Shown piece after piece: positions 1-13,558 of a stretch of DNA of 64,000 nt. The stretch comes from Phoronis australis (taxonomy: Eukaryota; Animalia; Phoronida). The notes under the pieces are model-generated. The model was not told the DNA's origin and made no database searches. It worked only from the letters and a program-made list of their open reading frames with translations. Every line of letters begins with the position of its first letter. Positions within the stretch are counted from its first letter, which is position 1. Position numbers and translations under genes: made by a program. The stretch is taken from positions 109,259 to 173,258 of the forward strand of contig NMRA01000616.1 of the NCBI GenBank assembly GCA_002633005.1. Reading direction: 5' to 3'.

Positions 1-1089
1 GTGCCAAAAAGCGTTGTCTGATCCAACGCGAGAAGGATATTTCCCTAATGGAAAAAAACAGACAATTAAAGCACGAGCTTAATTGACGATTTGATTCGTC
101 TGCATCAGGAATTAGTTTTCTTTTGAGAAATTGCTAGTACTAATTATCTTCCAGGAAGACCTATAGTTAAGCGAATACATTACGCTCATTCTGTAACAGC
201 AGAACTTTCCCAAGATATAGTTATTGCCACTCAGATGTAAGGTTTGCTGTCTATTTGCCGATCCGAGATTTCATGCTGAAAATCAATATCTGCTTCTGGC
301 AACATACGCGAGGCAATTTTCTAAGCCATGTATTGAAAATGTTGTTAATATTTCTAGCCACAATAAAATGCATAGAGGCGGAGAAGACGAGAAGGTTACT
401 AGATTCTAAGTTTTACGTTTGGACGAACTTCGTGTAGCAATAAAACTTGAATAAGGCGATTATGGGTGACACACTACAGCTAAAGTCCTTTTTATTAACA
501 CTGTTACAAGGGAAATGACGACAACACGACACCGTTCCTGTTGTCTATTCAAACTACATCTGGAACAGGAATAACAATCCATTTTGTTTAAGTGAAACAG
601 AGAAACGTGATCATGTCTTTTTAGTAAAATTTAACAAAAACTAGGATACCATAACGGGGGGGGGGGGGNCAACATGTTGCCTCGGGGAATGATGGCAAAG
701 CGCGATTGCATGTGCACAACCGACGTGAAAGTTTCGGGGTAGGCTATGGGAATATGGACCTTCTCTGTTCAGAAAATCATTCCGAGGACAAAAAACGGGC
801 ACACGATTTCGCCGGGGTCTGAGCCCTCTATCATCCGCTACCGGTTCTAGTTACTGATCACAATATTCCCTGTTGCTGTTTCATTTTGCTTGCGGTAGCC
901 AAGGGGGGTCTTCCCTAAATTCGCCTATGAAGTATATTGATCGCAAAAAACAGTACCAACAACATGGAAAAAAGAAAATCACTTACTGCGAGACGAATTA
1001 GTTGATGATAGCTGTTTTGGCCAAGTCCACGAATGGATTGGCTTCCGCCCTACGCTTCTTAAGTAAACTGTTGTACAGGGAGGACAGCT

Positions 1090-1350
1090 GCACACAGCTG
1101 TCCCGATTGATAAGGTGGCGCTGCATCATGATCTTGATAAATTCTTTAATTTTTTGAGCATGCTAACTGCGTTCCTTGCAGATGATTTTGGAGGAGTGGA
1201 AGGAAATAGAATGTCCGGTGGCCAAGGCATGTTCACCCACAGCTGTTTGTGTTCCTTGAATCTCGTACTCAACGATCTTTTGGTTTCACCAATGTAAATA
1301 ATGGTTTTGGTACTGGTAACAAGTTTACTGACAGATGACGCACAAACGTT
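1090..1350 (-). mobile_element. Penelope-like retroelement GIY-YIG endonuclease relic
   Basis: Minus-strand translation YIGETKRSLSTRFKEHK then AVGEHALATGHSI; ends approximate. Confidence 0.75.
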
Positions 1351-2531
1351 TTTTCCAGAGGGGTTTTATTATTGAGTCTAACAAGCTGATTACGGGCAAT
1401 ATTAATAGGTAGGCTTTGTAAGTCCGCTATAGCCGCTCAGACAGTCTTTTGGTATAAGAAATAGCAACGGACGGGTCATCAGATTTCTCAACTGATTTTG
1501 ATGGCTACGGTCTTTAAACGTCCAGTCTTGCCAACAGTCGTAACCAGGCTAATGCGTTTATGATACGTAGGTAGTCCTACGTGATGGAAATGCTACTGAC
1601 GAATTTCCAGGGTGTTTCCTTACCATAAAGGGACAATAACATTATTGTCGCTGAAGACGTACATGTAGCTATATGTGTAAACGGTGTAAATAGGTTTTCG
1701 GGCACAAGAGCATGATCGTGGCAATCACCTTGGGATTGATTTCCATTCCATTTTGAAATAAACAAAAATAGGAAACCGAAGTGGCAAACACATTTGATAT
1801 GGCGGATACAGTAGCGTGCAGAGTTTGATGATGACCCGGGCGACGTTTTATTGGATGCCCCCTCTTTCTCTACTGAACTGAATGCATGCATCCTAGTAAT
1901 AAGAGCACTGAAAAAGACGAAATATAAAATAGAAACTTTATTCATTTAAACTACAGATCAGTCACAATTACAAGAGAGTTATTCACAATGATTAGATGAG
2001 CCCCGATGTGGATGCCTGGGGCCGTCGCCCAGTCGCCTCCCCTAATTCCCCCGTCCGCACGGTACTGGGCGGATAGTCACCGTAGTAATGGATTTAGTTT
2101 TCCAGTACATTAGCATACATGTACATTTTTAGACTTGAAAAGGCGGCTATTTAAAAACATGACGGAACAAAATTCATTACTTTGGTATTACTGCTAAACT
2201 AATAATGCTCCCCAGCGACCCTATGTATTACGGGCTGCTCCCTACTCGCAGTAACATCACGTGATGTTAGGATTAACTAATCAAATGTGTACACGACGAG
2301 TACGAGAGCGTCTGCTTTACTTGCAGTGAAGCTGTAAAGTAACCAGAATCAAAAGTGACGAGGTTGCATATGAACTGGTCTTAACTACGATATCGTCACT
2401 GGTTTTCACATGAACAGAACGGACTAAATTGTCAGGTCCATAATGCAACTCGAGTAGAACATCCAAAACCAATTACGTCTTGGTAAGTTTTAATCTGCAT
2501 AGACAGCCAGGTACATGTAGCTGTATGAAGA

Positions 2532-2884
2532 CATAGGCGGATTTGGGGTGGGGGGGGCACCCTTGGCTGCCGCAAGCAAAGTGAAAGCCTGGAGAAATAC
2601 AACTAGGACCGGTAGTGAGGGATCAGAGCCCAGATCGCGTTTTTTTTTTCTCTCTTTTTCCTTTTCTCTTTTTTTTCTTTTTTATTTTTTTTCTTTTTTT
2701 TCTTTTTTTTCCCTTTCTTCTTTCTATTTTTTTCTTCTTTTTTATTCGGTAGAAATTCCGAACAGAAGCGTCATACTCCCGATCCCCTCAACTTTCGGGA
2801 CGCCTGTACACATTCAGCAGCGCTTTGCCCAATTCCCTGAGGCAACATGTTGGGACCCCTTATGGCATCCTAGATCCGCCACTG
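2532..2884. mobile_element. hAT-like MITE with 5-bp TSD
   Basis: Ends CATAGGCGGATT / AGATCCGCCACTG; TSD GAAGA; a related sequence without the insert is at ~4005-4040; internal poly-pyrimidine tract. Confidence 0.75.
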
Positions 2885-3178
2885 GAAGACTATCGCCAAA
2901 ATACAGCTAGGTACCACTGTGTGTATTTCTTCCGTAGACCCCGAATTTGCACACAGCCAGGGTAGTTCTTCTCGTCACCTCGCCGTGAAATTTGTATCAA
3001 CATGTAAAGCTAAAGACCGGACGGAGTGCAAGCAAAATCTGGGAATCAACCGACACTCACTTTGACCGTTACAGCCGTTTAAGTGAAAAACAGTGCAATA
3101 AACGTCATTTTCTTGCGTAACTCTCCGCCGTTTCTAACAATGAAAAGTAGGCCAATGTCGTCGTTTTGAAAACAGTAC

Positions 3179-3411
3179 CAGAGGCGGATCTATAGGGGTT
3201 CAGGGGTTCAAACCCCCCCTCGGGACAAGATCAAAACTTAAATTGAAAAAAATTTCCCCTGAAAAACGAAATCAGCTACTGATGAAACCACAACAAATCT
3301 TACTCAGGAGGGGGGAAACCCCCTCTCAACCTTCCTTCCACTCGGCTCATGCGACTCGGATACGCTCGAATCCTGACCCCCCCCCTTACTGAAAACGTAG
3401 ATCTGCCACTG
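3179..3411. mobile_element. hAT-like MITE with 5-bp TSD
   Basis: Ends CAGAGGCGGATCT / AGATCTGCCACTG; TSD AGTAC. Confidence 0.78.
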
Positions 3412-3919
3412 AGTACGCTCGTTTCACGCGCACGCGCCATTTCCTAAATTTTTGCGACATCTCTCGGGAGATGATGATAGCTTGGTAGCAGCAAAATTTG
3501 TTCTGAAATTCGGTTTTTCGGTATCAAAATTCTAAAAACTTATAATGAAGCGAAACCAGTTCCGATAATTTGTTGTGACGTGTACGCAACCTCGTGAAAA
3601 AAGAACAGTTGATTGAAGAATCGGCGAAAAAAGAAACTGGCCAATAGGTGACGCAATGTTTCATGGCACCGAAAACCGTCGCCAAAGGTCGCTCCACAAC
3701 TTAGCAGCAGAATAACGGTAGAACGCCATTTTTTCCAACACCGTTAAATAATTTAGTTTACTCAAGGAAGACCGTAGTTTTTAATTACACTAATTTTGTG
3801 TCAGATTTCATATTACCACTTTTTTACCCACATTGGTGAAGTGCTGTATATTTAGTATATATTTTTGTACCAAGGCTACCCCGCCGGTCGTTAGGTCTAC
3901 ATGTTGATATAAGTTTTAC

Positions 3920-4107
3920 GACGAGGTGACGAGAACTCCCCGGGCTGTGTGAAATGTCGGAGTTTAATGGAGCTCAACACGCAGAGTAGCCAGCCATCTA
4001 GCTGGATGAAGACTATCGTCAAAATACAGCTAGGTACCGCTGTGTGTTGAGCTCCGACAGACCTCGAAATTGCACACAGCCCGGGTAGTACTGCTCGTCA
4101 CCTCGTC
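3920..4107. mobile_element. Foldback MITE
   Basis: Inverted ends GACGAGGTGACGAG / CTCGTCACCTCGTC with further internal symmetry; related copy at ~2885-2985. Confidence 0.6.
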
Positions 4108-5022
4108 CGTCTTTATAATCTCATGCTTTTCGTCAGAAATACAGCATCCTAGGTTAGTAATGATTTAGTTATATTTTAGTCACATGTAAACTTTCATTTT
4201 AGTCATGACTAAAATTTCTCCATAGCTTATTTGAACTAGTTGCTACCCGGGCAAAAGCAGCTACTAGTATTTGGGTAATGCTGGTAGGAAATAGCTAACA
4301 CCTTTAAGTGAACATTTAGTGTTCATCGCAAGAGACAGGAATAGTTCTTGAAGAGACCGTTTTATCCACATAGGGATTTACTATCGTTCTGTGCCAGTTT
4401 TTTTTTCGTTAGGTTAGGCGCTAAGAGCGTGAAAATAACGCACCAAAACAGGCACGTGAATGATCGGCTTCAAGCAAAATAAGTAAATAAAGATTACACA
4501 GAAGAAATATTCTTAGTGCCTGGTTTGAACAGCGAAGTGTGGTGAGGGGGTTCCACATAAATCTCAACATTGTCACTCACTCAATGCTTTGTCTCGAGTC
4601 GTTAAAAACTGGTTTTACTATCACCGCGTTACCGGTGTTTTCACAGAAGCAAAATAAGAAAGGCAAAAAAGTGATTGAATCTGACTAAACAGAGCGTAAA
4701 CAAGAAGCATGCCTTCCCAGCTGATCGCAGGATGAAGACGAACTATTGGTGAAGACCGTGAGCACATGTGGATCGAAGCACCCATAACTCGCAACGCAAT
4801 GATAATGCATCATTGTGCTCGATTTTTTTTGGCTCAAAAGAAAGGGAAAATCGCCATGTAAGTCAGTAAAACCATAGACTATAGTACATGGACCGCCAAC
4901 TCCGTATACTTTCAATGGACGAAATCTGTGAGCTTGCGCACAAGCCTTTACGTCATTATTCACTGGCGACACCTGGCTAAATTATCTGGTGTAATTTCCG
5001 GCAAGTACGTCGTCTGCTAATC

Positions 5023-5244
5023 ATGGTCGGCTGCTGTGTGGCCGGTTGTTCGGCTACGCAGGCGAAATGCAGAGGCGTTAGCTTCCATAGTGTACGGAGA
5101 CCCCAAAATCCGCTGTGGGAGAAAAAGTTATGTTCTCGCGTCGACGTGAATGGAAGTTGTTCTTCCAAACAAAACTTGTACATTTGTTCACGTCACTTCG
5201 AAGATGGGTGTTTTTTAAGAGGCTCTGGTAGGCCTACTACTTAA
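5023..5244 (+). pseudogene. THAP (C2CH) zinc-finger domain, N-terminus of a transposase relic
   Basis: MVGCCVAGCS...VSFH...W...ICSRHFEDGCF fits the THAP C-x4-C...W...C-x2-H-F pattern; possible donor G|GTAGGC at 5227/5228. Confidence 0.75.
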
Positions 5245-6138
5245 TCCTGTCTTCACAAATCCATTTTTCTTTTCTCCGTTTTGATGAAAACTATCTTGTA
5301 AACTTTTTAACGAAAAATGTCCGCTAAATTTCTTCCAATGGTAGTGACTGGTGAACTCTTGTCCTTACGAGGACCTTCAGCCATAGTCTAGTGAGCGAAT
5401 TAACCAAATTACTCTTCGGTTGCCCTGATCAGACGGTTGGTCTCAGCATAATGCGCACATTTGGCCAGGATTTGGATCAGCGATTTCAACAAATTCACAT
5501 TCGTGTACAAATAAATAGGACGCTAGTAAAACCTTTAACATAAATAAAGATTACATTAATACTTCAGAAATAAATACCTGGACCTGTCAAAATCTATCCC
5601 GCAATTCAACAGCAGGTTACATACTCAATTATTTATGTCGACTGTATGCCGCACAAAACTTGAACCATCTTAGCCAAGTACGCTGCAGTCTATGAAAATA
5701 CCAGAATAACGAAAAACCTCGGAAGCAAGGGAAATGAACCCTAAGAGGTAGCAAGCAAGATAAAGGGGGTGGTAGGGACGTGAAGCTGACGTGTGCTAAT
5801 TTTCAATTTCATACTTTTATGTGGCATTTTCATAATTTTGATTTGAGATGTCAACTCAGATCAAACGGTTTGAAAGTTCGGATTTTTAATTTGTAATGAA
5901 CTTGAGTTGCACTGCACGTGACCTTTTATGAATTTACCGTAGTTGGCTACAGACAGGCCCACCTTTATAAAAACTAGCAACGTAGACAAACGCATGCGCG
6001 CACCCAGGGGAAAAGTCCAAGAGAAAGAGACGAAAGTCCACAATACGGCAGNNNNNNNNNNNNNNNNNNNNNNNNNNNNNNNNNNNNNNNNNNNNNNNNN
6101 NNNNNNNNNNNNNNNNNNNNNNNNNNNNNNNNNNNNNN

Positions 6139-6302
6139 GGTTCGTGACAACGTTGGTGAACGGTAATATCTATCTAAGGTGTTACAACTGTCATCGATAT
6201 TGTCATCTCCTCTGTTTTCATCCAACCTTCCCAGATGAAAACTTGAATGAAGAGGACCTTCAGTACTTGAGTGAGCATGGTATACTGTGTGATTTATGTT
6301 GA
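6139..6302 (+). pseudogene. PHD-like zinc finger fragment inside the P-like element
   Basis: YLRCYNCHRYCHLLC...ILCDLC* = C-x2-C-x4-H-x2-C...C-x2-C; the start is hidden by an N gap. Confidence 0.5.
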
Positions 6303-7479
6303 ATTTCTCAACGGTTCTTTTAAGAACCATTTCACGCTATACCTACAACCAACGGCCCTTTTAAGGGCCACTCAACACTTCCCAGAAGAACTGCTCACTT
6401 GAGAATGTTGATTTATCAACACGCTTTCGTAGTTTTCTCAGTAGGCGGCCTATGTGAACCGTAAATCAAAAACTGTCCGATAACTATGCTGCTATTGGGC
6501 AAGCAGACGACATAAAGGGTCGGAACCGAATTTTGAAATTAATTACCAGTAGCATTTTCCAAAAGTACTCACAATACCAACACTTCTATTATTGAAAGAC
6601 TTTGAAAAGCGTTTCAATACCGAAATTAATATAAATTAATGTTTTTTCGCTGTTTTGGACAGTAAAGTAGATGCAGGTATTTCTCGTCAAATTACACTGA
6701 CCGGAAACTGCAGCAGATAGGTCAGGAGAGTTCAACTCAGCTCGTAAGAATATGCCGGAGTTGCGAATCTGTTGTCTATAATCTATGGTAAAACAGACAT
6801 GGTGGCTATTTTTATTCCGTGCTATGGGTTGTAAAACATAGAACTTAGTAGTGCACTCGGAAAACTTTGTTTTGTATCAGTCGAGTCTTGCAATAAGGCC
6901 TAAAGAATGGTTTGTAAATATTCGGGTGTGCCCGTGCAACATCAAGCAGAAGGAAAAAGACACCGAAGAGTGCAGGGATTTTCTCGTGACAAAACACGGT
7001 CGAAATGTGACAAAACATACACGATAATTGCCGCGAATCCGAGTACTAAGTTTTGCGGCGACAGGCCCGAAAAAGTATAGCGGTATATGCGATAGAAGCC
7101 GGAGGGAGTGCGATGAAGCCAGGTCATTAAGCTGACGGATTGACTTCACCAAGGCCAAAGGCTAGTACGAAACTGGCCAGGCTCCCTCCGCGTCCGCAAA
7201 AAAAAAACAGCCCGAGAGAAAAAAGAACACTTCGAATCTAAATAAAGGCGATGTGCACTACCTGGGACAAAGGCGGTGCCTAAATGCGCGCAACGAAGGT
7301 CTGTAGTAGAGCTGGGGAGACGGAATTCGTGTAAACCTTCCGATTTACATTATGTATGGGTTTACTCATATTTTAGTCAGATCATTTGCATAATTGGGAC
7401 GTGACTAAAACTCTAGCCATGCCTAAAAGACTAAAAAGGCATGCAAGGTTCTGGTGCAAAACAGGGTGCTCTTCCTCAT

Positions 7480-7670
7480 TCGTTTGCAAATTTGTCAGCA
7501 GCTTCTTAACCGTCAATGCCAACATGGGCTTTAACACCGGCCAGTTCACATCAACAGTTCTGCTAGCTGATAGGTGGTTAAGCTCGTTTACACTGGCTTT
7601 GACACAGTGGGGAGTTGATTTTGGGCATAGTTAGAACTTTAATAACTGCTTCGGCTGTGACAGTATGAAG
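7480..7670 (-). mobile_element. Non-LTR retrotransposon RNase H relic
   Basis: Minus-strand ELNHLSASRTVDVNW..VKAHVGIDG*EAADKFA matches W-x-KAH-x-GI-x-GNE-x-AD; ends approximate. Confidence 0.65.
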
Positions 7671-10600
7671 AATTCCTTGTCACAAAGGACTGCTTCGTGT
7701 ATGCCTTCCAGAATCACCAAAATATGAGCATGGTAAATCACGGAGTTAAAAAATTACGCAACCTAATTAATTGACGAAAAATGTCATTTTTGCATTGCTT
7801 TTCATCACTGTTCCACACGGTTAGATTTTAAAAATAGACATTGTCAAGTACTCCCAAGTCTTCAGTCAATCTTTTTATCGATGACCAGCGCGGAGCTTGA
7901 AAGATAGTTTTATATCAAATTCAATGCATAATTTTGTCAACATCATGCATCCGTTTTTTGGATATCAGCATCGGAAAGGAAATTATTTTACGTAAACCCT
8001 AGAATTGTTTTGGTTTCTAACTTCTAAACCCAAGGAAATCATTGTTTTAGAGTGTCTTGGGCCCTATCTAAATCACGTACACCAAACAGCTGGCAACAAG
8101 CAAATACTTCTATGACGCAATCATCAATCATTGACATTCCGTAATCCCAAGCCATGCTATGTATACAATGAGTAGCTATACATGCATTCCCAGTATCTTT
8201 GACAGACAAATTCAAGTTAAAGCCCCCAAACCTATCAATTATACAACCTGTATTCCCATATAAAACGTGGAATCCTGCACGTAAATGTAATAGTGCAAAT
8301 AATTCTCCTCACCTCTGGAACTCAATGAACGATGAAAATAAACTGCTATGCTTTTACAGCAGTCGCAACCCTTTGGAGAAACAGGCTTTTACTCACCCTC
8401 TCTCATGTCAAGGCGTTTTCGTAGCTGATTAGTCGGACATTCGCACCCCCGAACTGCCAAAGAATTTTAGGGGTGGCTTGGCAGCCTCTAAGTCCGCCAC
8501 TGTACAATACATTGTTACTCAAACATATAATGTTGTGTTGCGCACTATCTGTGATAATCTTCATGTTTAAAGTTAAAAATATGAGCTCCTGGAACACAGC
8601 CTTGTTTATCCCAACCGACATTATTTGTAAAATTTGAAATCAGCCAATCATTGATCAACTTCAGATATTATGTCATAATTCAGGCACCTCCATACAAAGC
8701 AAAGATATTTTAGTCACATTTTAGTGTCATCCATATAAACTGTCAGAAGTTGACTGCAGGTTTGTTTAAAGACCTGCTCTAGAGCTCAAACTGCCCATGT
8801 GGTTCCAGTATCTGAAAATACTTACTACATAAAATCTTATTTTCGACACCCTTTCTTTATAGTCTTTTCGCATTTCTTGCCAAAAACGATTTTTAAGCGT
8901 ATTTGACCCTTCTCTGTGAGCGTATAATTACCGGCTTTCATCGGTTATTTCCGTACCCACATTTCCGGCTCATCAGTTCAGGAACTTGTCCTGAACGAAG
9001 CCATTTTTTCCTTGTAACTAAATGTGCTATCGCTTGCTCGAAAAGTCTTCATTATTTTGTTTTATTAGTAATATCTCGTGATTAGTTTGCATAAGTAGTG
9101 TATTTATAGTTTGTAGTTAGTGGTCGTTGAATTTTTTGGAATGTTACGCGTACTTATTATGGTAAAATAGCATTGGTGTTTAGTTCCTTACGTAGGCCGG
9201 TCGAACCTAGGAACCAATATGGGTCGAACCAATTTTTTTCGTTTTGATTTTTTTCTCGTTTTGAAAAAGTACTTTGCTATCATTGGAAAGTTAGTGCATT
9301 CTACTCAGAAAAAATCGAAAAAGTATCAAAATCGGGGCAAGCAGTGCAAGATATTGCAATTTTTGTGGCGAAATTTGGGTCACTTTGTTTGGATCGCGTC
9401 GGCCATATTGGAGGACAGCGGGATAAGTTACGAGTTTAAAACTTTGTGTAAATTGTTTTCGCCAACAAATTACGGTGAAATTTAGTTTGACATATCTTTA
9501 CTTACTATTTTGTACGATTCAACAGTGTTCACCAAATTTCAGGCTCGCAGTTGTTACTCATTCAGTGGCTAACTCAGTATGCAACTGATTTTGACAACAC
9601 ATACACATCATTTCTGCTGAGAAAAACACTCGTAGCATACATATCAGGTAGTCCCTCAAGATTTTTAAATCAAAAGCATTATGTCATGACTCTTTAACCA
9701 CATGGGTACTGCCATCATTATCATCTGCTTCGTAGTCATTAACTGAAATGGAATATTGATATCTATTGTCACTTATACATTTTTATCGATATAAAATAAA
9801 GCTGGTGTAAACTACCACACCATCACTTAAGATCAAAAACTAAACACTAAATTGTCATCACTTTTGCAATCTCTTTTCTTAAACCAGATCCTCTTATAAA
9901 CAAGAACAGTTATCCATCAGTTTCACAGATAACTAAACACTGAATTTCAAAAATTAATTACGCAAAAATTCTCCAGCTTGGGACAGTGAATAATTATTTT
10001 GATTATAATCGGAGCTTGTCCCAATTTTTAGAAATTCACACACTTGTCTGTCAGAAATTCAAGGGGACTGGTAACAGTGTTTAAAATATTTGACATGAGA
10101 GTCACTTTTTATGAGCTTACAAGTGTATTCTTGCAACCTGTTACGCTAAAACACTCCATTCGGAATTTGAAAAGTACGAAAATATAAAAATCCCTCATGC
10201 CTCAAATTTCAGGATGAAAAAAAATAAATTTCAGCAATGGTTTCTGTGTTCTGAATTTAGGAGGTTGTTTCAATCTGGAGAATTTTTAATGTATTATATC
10301 ACCGATGTAGTAGTTAGGATCAACTTTGTCACCTTTGCTTAAAGTTATATCTTGAAAACAATTATAAGCTATAAATGCGATTCATCTGTTGCAATGAAAA
10401 ATGTTCAAAGTTGCACCATTTCCAGCATAATGGCGAATGCACAAAGCAGTCAATAGCCTCTGTACAGCACAGAGTTTAGGGTTTCTGGCAAACATAGCTA
10501 TCCCATACATTATGGCTACAGTGAAGTCGTTCTTAGTCATACCAATATGTAGTGAATGACGCACAGCAACAGAAGTGATAGCCCATTTCGAAGATTTTCC

Positions 10601-11086
10601 TCTTGTTTCACAATTTTTCAAAGAAAACTAGCAGCTTGTCATTCTGGTCCCTCATGGGAAGTCTTAGCACACTTTTGTCTGAAGTCTTGCAAAGTTCATC
10701 CAAAGATGTACTGACTTTATTAATTTGCTCAGTTGAAGCTTTAGTCCTGTTTGAGAGGAAAGGGTTGGATTGTTGATAATCCTCAGATACTGAATACCCA
10801 CAATCAACTAACTCGGACTCAAACTTTAACAATCTCTTTGCTCCTGTTGGCTTCTTCTTAGAAACAGATGACGAATCAATTAGTACAAGTTTCTGTCGAT
10901 CTTCAGACTGAGCATTGAGATTGCTGACCTCCATTCTTGCTGAGTTCTGCCTGCGTCAGTTTTGAACAAAACGAAATGCACGAGCTGCAGATAAACACTC
11001 GTATAAGAGCTTCATACGCCGGAACATTTAAGGCGAATTATGTCTCACGCTGGCGGACGTGGTGAAAATAGGAGGGCGCTCGGTGT

Positions 11087-11876
11087 AAAAATGGCCAGTT
11101 GACGATTTGGGTAACTTAAAGAAGAAAAAGTTTGATTACGGGAGTATTAGTTCGAGTTTGGAAGAATTAAAGACACCAATGGGCACCTAAGGTATCCCTC
11201 TATGCGCAAAAAGTACTTATAACAACATGACTTTGATGTTTTAGTCAGTGTGAGGCACAATTCACCGAAAATCTTTCAATGTATGTAACTCCTACAGGAG
11301 CTCCACTGTCTCTACTTTGGCTAGACAACGACCATCGCCTGTGCTGGCGCAGAAGCTTTTCGGCGAATTATGCCTCACACTGACTAAAGCATCAACGTCA
11401 TGTTGTTATAAATACCTTTTGCACATAGATGAACACCTTAGGAGGTCATCGATGTGTTTAATTCCTTCCAACTCGAACAAATACTCCCGTTATCAAACTA
11501 TTTTTTTGAGAAGTCCCTCGTTCAGTTCCCAAAATCTGTAACTCGCCATTTTTAACACTTCTCCCGGCAGATGACATGGCGTACATATGCCCTAGAGTGC
11601 GCAGTGTGAAAATGGCGAGTTAACAATTTGGGTAACTGAACGAGGGACTGTTCGACGACCTCCTAAGGTGTCCCTCTATGCGCAAATGGAATTTATAACA
11701 ACGTGAATTTATTTATTTATTGTGATATTTAAATTCAGGGTGGCCTCTTCAGTGAAGAGGGCCCTGAATTTGATGTTTTAGTCAGTGCGAGACATAACTC
11801 GCCAAAAACCTGCTGGCGTATGAAATTCCGATATCTATGAGCTGGCGCAGCTAGCACAGACGATGGTCATTGTCTA
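11087..11876. repeat. Forward-reverse-forward array of a ~200-250 bp unit (foldback element)
   Basis: AAAATGGC.AGTT.AC.ATTTGGGTAACT...CCCTCTATGCGCAAA...TTAGTCAGTG at ~11087 and ~11608, inverted copy ~11320-11553, partial copy ~24560-24690. Confidence 0.7.
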
Positions 11877-13335
11877 ATCCACTGAATAACAGGCATTGTA
11901 TTCAGTTGTTACATTCATCAATTTTATTCCACCAAGTCCTTGTCCAGTTGTTGGTTTCCCATTTTTCCCTAGTATAAAGTGACCAACAACACGTGTATTC
12001 GCCTGGTCAAATCTAGACAGTGGTGTGTTCCATCTGGCTAACACTAACAATCTGACTCCAGTTCGTGAGGTGGAACCTGCATTGAAATTATTACAACATA
12101 TTGATAGCCTCATCCTCAAAACCAGGAACCATTATATTCGACTTGTTTCCAAATCAGTTGGGTATGAAAAGACTGAAGTCGAAGTTCAAGCGGCCACAGC
12201 CTGTCAAAATCACCAATTTACCTTCAGACGCTTTTTAACACACTTTTTATACAAGTACAACAGTACATGGCTGGTCCAGGTTAGATTCCCGGTTCGGGGA
12301 TTGATCTGAGTGGGCACTTAAAGCAGTTGTTCGGTAACACTTACATTGATTTAGAAACGCGATAGGCTTACTGCCTAAATTAGAAATCGCGAGCCACCAT
12401 GTTTACAAAAGCGCCGTCTACCGAGCAAAATGACAAAAGTGAATTACTTTCGCGCAGGCTAATATATTCCATTTGAGTAAGATAATACACGCAGTGTTGG
12501 CTTCGATCCACGATTCCTCTTGCTGGTCACAGTTCCTCGTGGCGCAACACTCGCAGGCAATATCTTCTACCCACGATTCCTCTTCCTGACACAGTCTCTC
12601 GTGACGCAACGCTTGTAGGCATTATCTTACTACTCGCGATGCAAGCGACCAGCTCTTAGTTAACATCCTGTTTGTCAACCCGTGCCCTTGCCAATAGCAT
12701 CTTTAGAAGTTTTCACGAGATGGCTCTGTTGTACTATTTCCTCAGTACCTTGTATGAAATGCTATAGCTTCAACTACTAAATCTCGTCCGAGTATTTTTA
12801 GACTTCTGCCCAAATCATAATAATTTACTCCCTAAACGATTGGCTTATAAAAACACATGATCTCATCTAATCATATCATTGGCTGTTACGATCTGACTTC
12901 AGAAATTTCTAGAATCTTTCGGGTTCTTTGACCCCAGAAAAAAGTGAATAACATCATCTAAAAATAGATGTTGACTTCAAAAATACATGTAAACGAGTTT
13001 GACCCCATGCTTTTAAAAGTACATATGTCCAAATTTTGGACAACTTAATGGAACTACCGCTACCAATTACTTGCTAATCAATATTTATCCAGACATATAC
13101 GAAGACTTTTTCGTCACATTTAGTCACACCATCAAATATTTCAAGATGCTCTTGTCACATTCTAGTCATGACTAATTATTTAGTCACGTATTAGCCATAA
13201 CTAATCCTTTGGCCATGACTAACGTAGGGTAAGAGTAAGCAAGATAATACGCTTGTTATGGTTTGCAAAGGAAATGTTTTGTTGCATACATGAACATTGG
13301 AATGCATCACCTGGTTGAATAAACTCTTTTTTCAG

Positions 13336-13558
13336 ATGTCTGCCCGAGTAGACGTGCAAGTTGAACACCAAAATTTGGCTTGCGTTAACAACAGAAATGA
13401 CTATGAAGACGAGAAGGTAATGTCACTACCTGCCACCCGTCGATCAAAGTGGAGGATTTCCATCAGGTGCACTGTTCTGGAAAAAGTACTGCTGGCGACA
13501 GTCCTCGTGCTGCTTGTTGTGGTCATCGGGCTGATTGTGTTCTTCACAAGTCTGTCAG
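13336..13558 (+). CDS. M13 peptidase coding exon 1 (cytoplasmic tail + signal-anchor TM helix)
   Basis: tttttcag|ATG MSARVDV...[23 protein letters not shown]; donor CAG|GTGACT, phase 1. The acceptor before the ATG implies an upstream exon. Confidence 0.8.

Larger units (their letters stand above)
4873..6787 (+). mobile_element. P-superfamily-like DNA transposon, internally deleted
   Basis: TIRs CATAGACTATAG / CTATAATCTATG (1 mismatch); exact 7-bp TSD GTAAAAC at 4866-4872 and 6788-6794; THAP ORF 150 bp inside the left end. Confidence 0.82.

Noticed and set aside
2548-2910. Phe-rich 120-aa ORF resembling a membrane protein
   Set aside because: Translation of a poly-pyrimidine tract inside a MITE.
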